From assembly GCA_964187785.1 (NCBI GenBank), contig OZ076409.1, positions 79,920,001 through 79,980,000 of the forward strand: DNA of 60,000 nt. The letters run 5' to 3'. The position numbers and the translations under genes are program-made. The notes under the pieces are model-generated. The model was not told the DNA's origin, searched no databases, and saw only the letters and a program-made list of their open reading frames with translations. The stretch's first letter is position 1, and the number at the start of each line of letters is the position of its first letter. The DNA comes from Amphiscolops sp. MND2022 (Eukaryota). This document shows positions 23,865 to 35,689 of this stretch, in pieces.

Positions 23865-26098
23865 TTAGAGTCCAAGTTGAGCGTACAAATTTCGAGTTTT
23901 TGTTAAAACTTTGTTGAGCACAATTTCTTCGTCCTTGCTTGGCAAGCGTAATTGTTGCACTAACTCCTTCACAGTTGCTTTTGTAAGGCGATGATGCTTT
24001 TTTGAAACAATAAGACAAAGTTTACGAATGGAATTATCCAAGTAATGTTTCTTTTTCGGCATCTTTAGCATTTTTTTCTCGTATTGAATCCATTTGGGAT
24101 TTGGAGGACGTCTGATTATTTTTTCTGTCGAAGGACCAACTTCGTTACTATCATCTTGGGGGGCGGCATTCATTTCATTCTCAGAGTCTGTATGTTCGTC
24201 TGTTGTCGGAGAACCATCATCATCGAGTTTTGAACCAGTAGATTTCCCTTGGAGAGGGATTTTTTTCAAAGTTACTGTACTGGCCGAACTTGTTACTTCA
24301 GCAAAAGAGGTGTTTACTTCCATCTCCTGATCAGGTAAGTCACTTTCTGTATTTTGTCTAGCTTCAGACAAGAGTTCTTGTGGCAGCCCTTCAAGTGGCA
24401 AAGCAACAGAGCTCACGAAATCTTCCGATTCTCTTTCTTTTCGAAACTTTAGTCTCACTTCGAACTGTTTTGCAAACAAATCTTTCAATTCTGCCTCCGT
24501 AGGGGGAGCTGTATAATGATCTTTCCTTGTTTTTGAGCTATGGCCGGTGTTGCTCTCAAAAAATTTCTTCAAATTTTCGTCTAAATTCATTTTATTTTTG
24601 TCATAATATGTATCCCAACATTTTCTGCAAGAATTTGGGTTGAAACGGAAAGCTGTAATCTTGAACAATTTAGCCATAAGTTTGCGAATGATTGAACTCT
24701 GTGTGGTAGTAATTGACTCCTCGCCACCTGGGAAAAGCACTTCAGCCTTGGCATGGAATTTCTGTTCATGTTCAAAGTGTAATTCTTTCATTATTTCAAT
24801 TTCTGTTTCTGTCAAGTAGCAAAAGTTAGTGTAAATATTCCCTGTTTTATGCAAATTACTTCTAATGAACTGTCCTGCTTTGTATTGAACGAACTGACTC
24901 ATTGGGTAGTTTGTTAGGGTGCCAACACGGCAGTTTGCTCTTGAATGTATCTGGAAGAGCATCAAGCCAAATTTCTCTTGAAGAGATAGAGTGCGCCAAA
25001 GCGAGTCCAATAATCCTCTATCCTCGATGAACTTTTCACTAAATCCTGAGTTTCGCAAAGTATAGACATTGGGGGAACCAAAGTGAATCGCATTTCCTTC
25101 CTCTGAAGGCTCTCTGTCTGGCTAGCTCGGGCATTTTCTTTCAAGTAAAGTGTAATACCGTCTATAATCCTGTTTTTGTTGAACTTGTAGGACGCTGTAT
25201 GATTAGCATTAACGTAAGAAAGGAACAATTTGATGTCGTAGCACAGCTTTCGCATTGTAGTGAAGGTGTAATTCTTTTCAGCACGAATCCCTTTGAGCAC
25301 ATAGCCCACGTTTTCGGGCTTCCTGAGACTTTTAGTGCCCCCAAAGAACTTGGTTATAATTTCGATTCCAAATGCTGTTATTGGCTTCTTGAGTTCATCA
25401 CGCCGGTATGCAGCAAAAGCTGCGATCACATCACTGCCCTTCTCAGACAAGACTCCTTTTTCCTTCATGTACTCAAGAATTGACCGAGGATAACGGTGGG
25501 TATTCTCAGATGTCACTACTCGCAATTGATATAGAGGAAAATACCTTCTGTGGCGTCTGGGGTTTGTGAATCTCAGCAAGCAATCTCCACACTCAAAGAC
25601 TTTACCTTTGACAATGTTAGTTGACAGGACACTCAGCATGTAGGCCAAAGGCTTACCACTCCATTGATGCACTTTGATGATGTGCTGGCGAAGAATTTTG
25701 AGTTTTAAAGGACATATCGGACACTGTTTGATAAGACACTGTTTTGGTTTCTTGCCTTTTTTTCTCTTTTTTTGAACCGGTTCGGCTTCAGGGGACTTCT
25801 CAGCAGTTTCTTCTTGTTGAGGATTTGCGTTTTCAGTCTCCTCGGTAGCCTCGGGTATCTTTCTTACTGATGAAGTTGCGTCAAATTGCGAGTCCAGGAA
25901 ATCCAACTCTGGCAGTGGAAAAGGGTTTGACTCCAAAATGTCATCGATGAGGGCCTGTGTCGAGGGTCCAGGGCTTGAGAAACCAATCAGGGGCGTGTCT
26001 AGGGCAACAGCAATGTTTTTTGACGTATGTTCTAGTGTACATTCTTCTTCTAATGCTGCTTTTACCGATCTAAGGCTCCTTCGTAATTTAGGGGCCAT
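23865..26098 (-). CDS. Zinc-finger + tyrosine recombinase (Crypton-like) protein, split by one frameshift near 25035 (~740 aa when joined)
   Basis: C2H2 CPICPLKLKILRQHIIKVH; YR-like motifs in order: NCRVG (R), HKT (K), NSCRK (xxxR), GHSSKTRKDHY (H...Y); adding one A to the GTGAAAAG run joins ORFs 24962-26098 and 23865-25058. Confidence 0.75.
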
Positions 26099-27225
26099 TA
26101 ATTGTCTAATATTTACAAAGAGGAAACTGTTGAAATGTTAGATGAAATGTAGAAATAAGTACTCTGGATTTGAAATTTTTGAAATGTGTTCAAGTTGAAA
26201 AGTGTTTGTTTTATGTTTTAGAACGCAGATAAACACAACTGATTATGCAATTCGATGAGTGGTACACTGAACGGTAGCGCAAACCTGTTTCCGGCGTGAA
26301 CAAATGACGTTATAGAGCGTCCTGAGCGGTGATTGGTTATCTCATCAACCAGCCGGCGGAAATTTCCACCTCTGTGCATGCAGCGTTGTATTTGGACACT
26401 ATTTGATGGTTTATCTTTGTTTTTGCTGCAGTGTGAATATAACTTCCCAAGTTGAGAAACTCTCTATGTACACCCGTATTTTGGAGTTCAGACTTCCTAT
26501 GACGCACTTTTTTTGCGTTTTCTATGTACATATATGGTCTAATCGTTATAATTGAATTTATCAGGGTGCACTTTAGATAATAATTCATAATTTGCGTACA
26601 ATATGTTATATATAATCGTAGAGAATAAATATCAACATATAAGTACAAACATAAAATTAATGTAGCCCCTGAAAAAGGCTTCCCATAAGCACAGAGTTTT
26701 TCGGGGGAAAACTTTTTGAAAGATTTTGTTTTTTTTTCTTTGAGTGTGGTAGAGATTGACTACTTTTATTTAACAGTTTCTATCTATCCAGCCAAGACAT
26801 TCTAATTGTAAATGAGATCAATTACTTCACCAGTACCAAAAATGTAAAGATCTGCAATTTGGTTGTAGACATTTAAAAAAAATTTTTTGTTCATTTCGCA
26901 TATCAGTTCGTCAGTATGTTAAACACCCCAGCTAGGGAGGTTCCAATTGTTCAGGCTTCGATTTCTTTTTTTGTCTGTTTTGAGTTCTAATACTGAGAGT
27001 TTAGAAACCATTTCGTATCTGGTTAAGTTAAAATTTGAGAATTTCGTTGGCATAGAATCTCGTACTGTTCCGATATTTAGATCTTTGAATTTTTCTTTAA
27101 CGCTGGTCCTGGTGGGAAGCCTTAAGACTATTTTTAATAACTTTTTTGGAATACGAAACTTTTGTGCAATTTGGAATTAACCTTGTCACGGTGCTAACAA
27201 ATTGTGACATGTGATTTGACGCATA

Positions 27226-27840
27226 CAGTCCTGTGATAAAAGAATGAAACTCCCAATTGATAATAATGTTTGGAACATTTTTTTCTGCATATATCTCTGA
27301 AACTTTTGATATTCAGGAAAAATGCTATTATTTAAAGTTTCTTAAAATTTAGTCTAGTTTACATTCGTCTTGGTTTGAAACTTCCGTGACCAATATTGCG
27401 GAAGTTAGCTTTTGATACCTCTATGTAGTTTTTTGTTGGCAAAAAATTGTTTGATTTTTGCCTAATATGTAAACAATTTTAGATCAGTTTTCATTCATCT
27501 TCCCAATATCTTTTCACATGTACACTTTGGGTAGCTCAAACTTTTTGAGGATAATTAGTGAATGATGGGCACCTTGAACAGTATGAAAAAGTATATAATG
27601 ACCAACTTCCAATGTAGACTCTGCCTCGGAAATTTCAAAATTTCACATGAAAAAATATTATTTGCAAATTTGTCTGTTTGGTGTTTCCAAAATCATCGGA
27701 ATGTAAACTAGACAAAACTCCAAGAAACTTTCGTTTATCATATTTTGGAAAATTTGACAGTTTTTGAGAAATTTGCAAACTAATTAGGCGTTCCAAATTT
27801 AATTACCAAATAGGGGTTCCATTCTTTAATGACAGGACTG
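27226..27840. mobile_element. Tc1/mariner-type MITE
   Basis: TIR CAGTCCTGTGATAAAAGAATGAAAC vs GTTCCATTCTTTAATGACAGGACTG; left flank TA; inner inverted repeat AAAGTTTCTT...GTCTAGTTTAC / GTAAACTAGAC...AAGAAACTTT. Confidence 0.7.
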
Positions 27841-28279
27841 TTGGTGCGTTAAACCAAACAACCTTATACAGTCACATCACTTTCGTCAGCTTAACTAATG
27901 GCCTGAAATTTTAAATACCTAGACTTGTCAGCGTCAAGATACAGACTACTTTTTGAGCAGTGAACAACAATAATTTAATTGAAGTTGAAACTTTATTGGG
28001 TTACCCAATTTGAGCAGTGTATTGATGCTTTGTTTCAACCCAAAACCACCGATAACCATCGTAGAAGACATTTTGAACGTTAGTGGTGGTTTTTTACTAC
28101 GATATTGTACTTTTTGTATGAATTGCACTACATGGTATCACACGGTTTTAGTGTATAATGCAGATCAAAAATCAAAAGGGGACTTTTCAGAAAAACGTTT
28201 ATATTGACGAATAAAAGTGGTAAAATGCCATATCATTTGAAGGGAAATCTTTACGCTCTTGAAATGTATTGGCCCTACA

Positions 28280-28565
28280 AAATACATAGAGAAAACTGGA
28301 GAGCGGAACACAGGATGAGTTTGAAAAAATAGTGCTGAAAAGAAACCTAAAGGGGACACTTTGTTCCCATTCAATTTCGAGTATCCGGTAATTTTTTTAA
28401 AAGTTAGTATCTTTGGCCTCCTTGGGTACCCCCTAGAACGTTGACGCAAAATCTGTAAAAAGTGAGGCATTCAGTGTAAGCTCTGTGGTCTGGAGAAAGA
28501 AAGAAAAAAAACTAGTTACTGAAATAGTCGGCATATTTTCTGATGATAAAATGCGCCAACTAAAA
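28280..28565 (-). mobile_element. Degenerate HINE-like 5' portion
   Basis: Ends TAGTCGGCATATTTTC...ATGCGCCAACTAAAA like other reverse copies; left boundary uncertain. Confidence 0.45.
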
Positions 28566-29764
28566 GTACAATGTGATGAAACAACAAATTGCTGCAAAAA
28601 GATAAACAGAGAACAACTGAGAGTTGGGAGTTTTTAGGTCAACTTTAATCCCTGCAGAGCAGCATGAAACGTTTCCCCCTGCAATATTTCAGCGACGACA
28701 TATGCTTTAGGGCTCGAACGTAATCAATAGACAACGAGGTGGCAAAAAAACAAATTTTGACACTTTTGGGTTCACCCTATCTCTTGTTTTGTAGAGGAAG
28801 AAACAGACCTTGATTGTCCAAACAACGAATCGCTAAGTATTAAATTGTAATGTTTTTGTGGATATTCACACCTACAAAAACATCTAAATTTGTCTAAAAA
28901 ACTTCGAAATTAATATTTTTGACACTTTCCATTTCCTCTTATCTCTTGCTTGAAAAAAAAAGAGAAACACTCCTTTTTTCTCTGTGCAAGAGTATACTAA
29001 ACAGGTATTTGTTTTGTTGCTGGACTCTCTGGGTACTGATACACACACAGTTAACCGCGAGTTTGTATAACAATTGCATGATGAATCATTCGAAAGTTGA
29101 AAATGAAGAAGAACGTTCAGTTATTTTTTCCATGAAGTTGGGGCTGAGTATGCAGCTCTGCCAAACTAAATAAACATAAAAACTTGAAATATTTGGTCAA
29201 TGAAGTCGAAATTGGAAACTAATCGAAGCATGCTGAGAAGCCATATTGTTTTTTGTTGATCTCTGCGGATGTTCATGTCCACGTAAACATACAAAAAATA
29301 TGCAAAATTGGCATGAAGTGGTCGAACTTTAAACAATTTATGGCATTTTCCTTTTTTCTGTGCTCTTTTATGGGCAAGGAAAAAATTGAAACGTTGGTTT
29401 CGTTTTCAAAAAATGTGGATACGGCAAATTCTTTTCTCGTCGCACTTTGTGAAATATTCATATATCCAGAACAATGTACGGACAAGAATTGTACGGACTT
29501 TGCTTAATTATGTCGAAATTAAACAACTTTTTTTTAAACAATACGGGATCTTTTTGAACAAACAATGACAGTATTGTCCTGAAAGGCAAAATGGATAGAA
29601 AGTTATTTCGACGTTTATCTCTGTGAGTATTATAGCAAGAAAAAATCCTGAACAAAAAAAACTGAACAAAAATTCTCTAAACAAAACTGCGAATATATCA
29701 TCAAAAATGGACGTTTTGGAAATACCGAAATATGTAAATTAATCAAAGTTTTACTGATTTACGC

Positions 29765-30628
29765 TAGCCTGTATTCATCATCATAGCTCACTTTCAGGTT
29801 ATTAACACAAGTCGCAAGATATGGGAAGTTTCTTGTGTCGTAATGGCTTTCCGGAGTTTTAGGGGTTATTTTAGAGCAGTTTTGCATATAGACTTTTTTG
29901 CAGACTTCAAACACATGAAATTTTTTTGAATAGTTGCTTGACGTTTAATTACGTTGACTATATTACACCTTTACTTTGACTGAATTACGCGATTAATTAA
30001 TTTACGCATACGTACATTAACACATACATACATACAGTAAAATTTACCTTGGATAAAACATGCAAATGAATTCTAGTCATTCAGTGTAACTAATTATGTC
30101 AATCTAAAGTTCAATGATTTTAACTAATTGCTCACTGATCTAGACAGTGAGCAAAGTTTTTAAACACAAACATTTTGGTTTGAATTCTTGTGTTTCAATT
30201 GAAATCACTTAGAATTCAAAACTAATCATCATTCAATACTGATGTTTTCTCACATTAACTAAAACGTTAACGCATTGGAGTGAAACATTCTATTTATACC
30301 AGCGTGTTTATACATGTGGAATAGAATGTTGCCATGTTTTACAAATGCGTAAATTCAATCTGAGCATACCAGTAATCAAAATTCATTTAGTCGCATCCCT
30401 TGAATCTGAATTAATTCGATTAAATCAAACAAGAAATCAAATCTAACTATATTAGGTATCCAAAATAAAACCTTATTTAGCCTGTATTCATCATCATAAC
30501 TCACTGTGAGTGGTTATTAACACAAGTCGCATGATATGGGAAGTTTCTTCTAGGGATATGTATCGTAATGGTTTTCCGTAGTTTTAGGGGTTATTTAGGA
30601 GCAGTTTTGCTTATAGACTTTTTTGTAG
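29765..30628. repeat. Diverged ~140-150 bp direct repeat (29765-29902 and 30478-30628)
   Basis: TAGCCTGTATTCATCATCATA...TTATTAACACAAGTCGCA...TATAGACTTTTTTG in both copies. Confidence 0.8.
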
Positions 30629-31077
30629 AAAAAAAACAAAAATCTCTGCAACTACATATTCCAAGAAACGAATATCATGGTATTTGAGTTCTGTGGAAGG
30701 TCTTGGAATGAAATTGGAAAACAGTAAAACGAGGAAACAACGCCAGCTCAGGTAGTAAAACACTTTCATATATTAAATAAATGGTCGGAAAATAACGTTT
30801 TGCTTGTTCCATAGTCCGGAAACAAAACGTGAAATCAACCTTTCAATAGTCAGAATACGTGAGAATGTTTTCTAAGTGTCAAAGAAGCTAATAGACATCC
30901 TTGATTTCTGAGTCTTTCGTACTTTAATAACATGGAAACGGCATTTTGTTTCACTTGTTGTCAGTCGTCATGAAAGATGGCGAGGACGAGGCTAAACCTA
31001 AACTCTTTTGGAAACATTTTTTTGCTATTCCGTGTTCAAAACGTTTGCAAGTTTTTACGTTTTAAGCATCATTGCTT

Positions 31078-31893
31078 GAAGTCTTTTCCGTAGATCTATT
31101 TGCTTAAGGGAAAAAGCTTGACTACTACAGTGGCTAGTCTTTTTTATCGTCAGACCACAGAGCTCACTATGTATGTACCACTTTTTAGTACAGACTTTTA
31201 TCTGTTTAGCGGGAACCCTGCGGTCGCGGGTTCGGGCCCCTGCTACAGCCAAAAAGGTTTTTGCGCATTTGCAAAACCGGACGAGGCTAAAGGAACCCTC
31301 TTTAGTATTTTTTCAACTTTAAGAAACTTCCCCCCTTTTTTTAGCTTTGTGAGGCATTTTTCCTTTTTTTGATATTTTACAACAAAATGGATTGTACAAC
31401 AGAATGAAAGTTCCTCCTTTTTAGATTTTTTGGGACTATGAGACTGTTCAAAGTTGTCATTTTTCGTCAGATATTAGGTTTTTCCGATATATATATCCAC
31501 CAATAATTTTTTTCAATACTATCCGAATTTTGGGTGTGGAGGTTCAAGAATATTGCGCTACAACCGAATTTGCGACGTTGTATCCGAACTATATTGCGTT
31601 ACTAAGGGGCGGATGTTCAAAAACTAGCGCTCCCATTTATATCTGCACGCTACCCGAACTTTTGACGTTATATCCGAAGTATTTTGCGTTTCACAGGGGA
31701 GGCGGCGTAGGATCAAAAAAATGCGCTCTTTCCGCCGCACGCTACATCTGAACTTCTGAGTTGTCCGAGTACGAAAGGCACCCTTTGGGCATATTTTCTG
31801 TGCATTATCGTCCTGGGCATATTTCTAATGGTTATAACTTGGTGATTTTTGAGCCCTAATTATAGCACCGACTTCAGGCATTTCCGTCTTGTT
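31078..31893 (+). mobile_element. Diverged HINE-like element with internal minisatellite
   Basis: 3' end GAGCCCTAATTATAGCACCGACTTCAGGCATTTCCGTCTTGTT; B-box-like GGGTTCGGGCCCC ~31228; internal (T)ATCCGAA/CCGAA repeats 31520-31770. Confidence 0.5.
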
Positions 31894-32018
31894 TAAATAT
31901 TGAACAAGAACATTTAGACCCAAATGCGTTCTGACTGAAAGCATTACTACCAAACTGAAGGAGTTTTGTCTGGACCAAATACTGTAACCTTGGTCAGAGT
32001 AGATCAATTTTAAAAACA

Positions 32019-32210
32019 AACAAGCCGGCAACGGCATAAGTCGTCGCCATATCTAAGGATCAAAAATAGCTGAAAGACTTCAAGAGTCAAGTATTCTCTT
32101 TTACTGTGCCCGAAAAACCCAAAAGATGGACCGAATTGGCGAGCTAAGAGAGGGGATATTAGAATTTCACAATTTTCAACATCTCTGTCGCAAAACTGGA
32201 AGAGGGGTAC
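32019..32210 (-). mobile_element. HINE-like 3' end, truncated by the Gypsy LTR
   Basis: AACAAGCCGGCAACGGCATAAGTCGTCGCCATATCTAAGG...; family-like sequence stops abruptly at 32210. Confidence 0.6.
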
Positions 32211-32796
32211 TGTCGTAAGCATTGGAATCCACTACACCATCATTTTGACGGTTACAATTAGGCTTACTAGTTGAACTGTCCTTAGGGTTACTATTTTGCA
32301 GTCCTTCGGAGTTTACTTCCGGTCTCTCGGACGAAACGTTCCATCTACTCTGAGTCGAGTGTCCCGATCCGGCACTTAAGGCGGACTGAATCTGAGGCAA
32401 TATCTGATTGCTGATTGCATCACTAATCGTTCTTTGAATCTGGGAATTGACACTACACGTCATATCATCTAACTCCCTCGACAGTCTCGAGTTCAACTCG
32501 CTTGACAACTTGTTAATCTCAGCAGTAGAATTACCTCCAGTTGAAATCTGGCCGTAATCGGCATTATTACCAGGACCTAAGTCTCTTGTGGCTGAGTATC
32601 TATTTTCACCATTATTCTCTAATTCATCTGCAGAAGTACTACCAGGCCTTCTGCCAAAATTACTGCTAACACTTTCATCTCTCTCATTTCTATCGAAATG
32701 GTTTTCCCCTAACATAATATCGAGATTTTCTATGTCAGACAGCATTTCTATTCCTCTTGACTTCCTGGCCTTCTTTTGTCTTCTTGTAGTAGGCAT
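32176..32796 (-). CDS. LTR-encoded ORF, probably the gag N-terminus (MPTTRRQKKARKSR..., coiled-coil)
   Basis: Open for ~195 codons up to the LTR terminal CA (…NAYD), the last ~11 codons being flanking HINE DNA; basic NLS-like start and heptad-rich helix. Confidence 0.6.
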   Translation of the reverse strand: MPTTRRQKKARKSRGIEMLSDIENLDIMLGENHFDRNERDESVSSNFGRRPGSTSADELENNGENRYSATRDLGPGNNADYGQISTGGNSTAEINKLSSELNSRLSRELDDMTCSVNSQIQRTISDAISNQILPQIQSALSAGSGHSTQSRWNVSSERPEVNSEGLQNSNPKDSSTSKPNCNRQNDGVVDSNAYDSTPLPVLRQRC

Positions 32797-33077
32797 TAAG
32801 AATTCGAGGTTGAATAATTTATTGGTGATCTAGGTTTGCAATCTATAAAAGCGGAACAAACTAAGTTTGAGTATCATAAAGACAATTGTTTCACCTCCCG
32901 GAACGGGTAGGTATTTATACTTCCGAGAGAATGGAATTTACATATTTTGATATAATACCTGCAATTTACAAATTCCTTAAGTCACGAGGTTAAGGCACAA
33001 CACTGGTTAAAATGAGGCGGTTAGCACCTTATCAAAAAACTCTAGGAATTCATACTTGTTAGGGTCACGAAGTTATA
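32211..33077 (-). repeat. Putative 3' LTR of the large Gypsy element
   Basis: Minus-strand end ...GCTTACGACA abuts the interrupted HINE; minus-strand start TATAACTTCG (TG apparently mutated) preceded by purine tract AAATGGAAAGA (33078-33088); TATAAATA on minus at 32912-32919; no second LTR in the window to confirm. Confidence 0.55.
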
Positions 33078-33858
33078 TCTTTCCATTTGAAAACATCAAC
33101 GATATTACTATACGTCATCATAGTTGAGTAGCATCGGCAACAAACATCAAACAAATAACATAACACAACTATCTAAGGAATGTTCATCACGGAATGCTGC
33201 CACGTGCCTGCGAATGTCGGCCGTTGCAACAAACGAGTAGCTTTAGCGTAAATCACGAAACAAAACACAACATGTCCTAAATCGGCCGTTGGACTTTAAT
33301 TCATTCAGAGTGAATAGCCTAGTTAGTCCAAAGGACTGGTACTAAGAATTGGGTTGGTATGGGGGTACTAATTATTTCAAAGAACGTAAAAGCACTAATT
33401 ATTAACTTCAGGTGTAAATAGAGAGCTTACATGACTATTGAGCACTACAACATTATTAATACAATAAGCTGCAACAATGACTAAAGAAAAAGCCTAATCC
33501 GGCCATCTGCCTAGTATTCCAACTAATTAATGCACCATTAAGACAAACGGCCATATCCGGCCAATTGATTAGAACAGTATTACATCATGAAATACTCGAA
33601 TATGATTGGTTGGTACATTAGGCTCAAGTGACGCTCTCGGACTGAAAGCTACGTACACTCGAACTCGTTTCCTTTAAGCTGTTTAGTAGCTTGCGTTGAA
33701 CTATAATTTACATTGAGAATTGTTATTTTACAACTTGCAACTTCACTTGTCTAATGTATTATTAACAGACTAATACACAGTGTATCATAATGAAAATGTA
33801 GTTGACCTAGGCAAACATAAATATTGAGAGTAAGTTTTAGAGTTTAACATATACCTGT

Positions 33859-34683
33859 TTAAAACGTGGGTAGGGTTCCGGGTATAATCTCCTGACTGCC
33901 TGCTGAAGTCGTTATTAGAGTGCCATCACAGGCGGCAGCCTGCGACACTGCGGGTGTTATGAATAGAAAAGAGCCGGCATTTAATCCATTCTCATAGGCC
34001 TCTCTCCTGATTCTCGTTATGTAATCTGGCTCTCCTCGTGGTTTAGATCTCTCGACGTACCAGTCCACCTCTTCCCTTTTGATTGCCTCCACTGACCTGC
34101 CGCAAACCATACAGCCAGAATACAGCCTCGTACTGACGTTTTCATAGGGTCTTGTATTCTGCACGTGGTAAGAGGCGTGGAAACCTCCCATTACTGGCTG
34201 CATAATAGGAGTGTCTGAGCTAGGCCCCCTCTCGTGATCAGGGGGTCACATTGGTGTGTCTGGGACTGGCAACAAAGCTTTGCAGATTTCTATGCGCGAT
34301 TTTCCTGCTTTTTTCGGCGGGGCGTAGCTTATTTCTTTGTCGAAATATCTGTGGTCCAACTTTGGGGTAATATCAGATCGTACTTGAGCCGAACTTGGAC
34401 CAGCCTCTAGTTCGTCTCCCGCGGGTTCGTCCATAGTCATGATCCTGCCTGCTATTAGCATGGGACTTGACGTGACTTCCCTTTCGATCCTTGCCACGAG
34501 CTGCTCTGTATTCGTGGAGCAGTCTGTTTCCCAGTCAGATGATTCATCTTCGTCACCTGATATGGAGATGACGGATCTTTCGGAGTCATCAGAGTCCGAT
34601 TCTTCTAAGCCAAACAGTTTCCTTGAGAGGTTAAACTTGCTCATTATGATTTTCTTGGCAATTTTCGAAGCTAGCTGAGTCAA
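33859..34683 (-). pseudogene. Accessory ORF (~270 aa; acidic N-terminus, CxxC) with one in-frame stop at 34246-34248
   Basis: ORFs 34246-34683 and 33859-34203 are in frame: DTPM*PPDHERGPSSDTPIMQPV...; GCMVCGRS motif. Confidence 0.7.
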
Positions 34684-34959
34684 CAGTTTGTCGGTGAAAT
34701 ATGATATAGAATGAATTTATCAATTTTAGGAGGCTAGCCGAGTTCGGCCTTTTCCCCGACAATCCGTTTTGGCGGTAGAATTCCTCGGTTGATACTCCCA
34801 ATCCGACGTAAACATTTCTGAATGGAATTCCATAATTAGTCGGCTATCTTTGATGATTCAATGTTTACCCCTCATCAACAACACCGCTTGGAGAGGTGTG
34901 AATAACACTCAAGTTGTTAAAACCAACTTCATGATTTTCAAGTGGGTTAATTAACAGGT

Positions 34960-35110
34960 CGCCTGAAGGTAATTAGCGGAGTGCGCCGTAACTTCTTCTC
35001 AACATGGCGTTAACCAATCAGATTCTTCCGTAGATAAATTGAAAAATTAATAAATAAAATGGCGGAAAATAATAACTCCCAATAATCCAAAATGGCGAGT
35101 TTCTAACTAA
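34960..35110. promoter_or_regulatory. Putative bidirectional promoter core between divergent ORFs
   Basis: Three YY1-like (A/C)ATGGCG sites (~35001, ~35056, ~35089) and CCAATCAG (~35014). Confidence 0.4.
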
Positions 35111-35689
35111 GGGTAATAAGGGCAACTGAACAAAACGGTAAAGTAAAACAATGCAAATGGCCATAATCGGCCATTAACTAAATAGGCTGTAAATAATGAA
35201 GATCTTTGTACATTTCGCTGGCAGACTCCATGTACAGAATAAATATGTAAATAAACAAATAGTATTAGTCTGGTAAATTTCTTCAGCCACGAACTCCAAC
35301 TTCTAATTCTATTACCCCATTTTAATTCCAGTTCAATTCCGATTATTTTACTCCTGCTTTCTTTATCTGGAATTCTTCATCAGACAGTTTTCGCTACTCA
35401 TCTTTAGCCTCTCCAACAACCTTCCTCCCTGAAGTATCCCCGGGACCCGTCCCTAATCCGGATTCGGCCAAATTCTACATCTCTGGAGTCTGATTGGTTC
35501 AACATTGATAGGTGAAGCAGAGCAGAATGTCTTCAGTTGAAGGTTGGTTTGCTTTGGTTTTGAACTTAATTTAACTTGATCAAGGCTAAATTTGTTCACA
35601 AAATGCTTCCTGTTTCCATCTGTAAACACGTGATAACACGATTTTATCAAATTTTCAAAGTACTTCCGGAAGTTTTCTAATGCGGCAGA

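Noticed and set aside
23865..26098. DIRS retrotransposon or prophage integrase
   Set aside because: No linked RT/RNase H, split or inverted terminal repeats, or phage genes; the eukaryotic C2H2 finger and NLS-like patch favour a Crypton-like element
23280..26940. CCCAGC motifs (~23288, ~23486, ~26927) as termini of the recombinase element
   Set aside because: Too short to be significant without other copies to align
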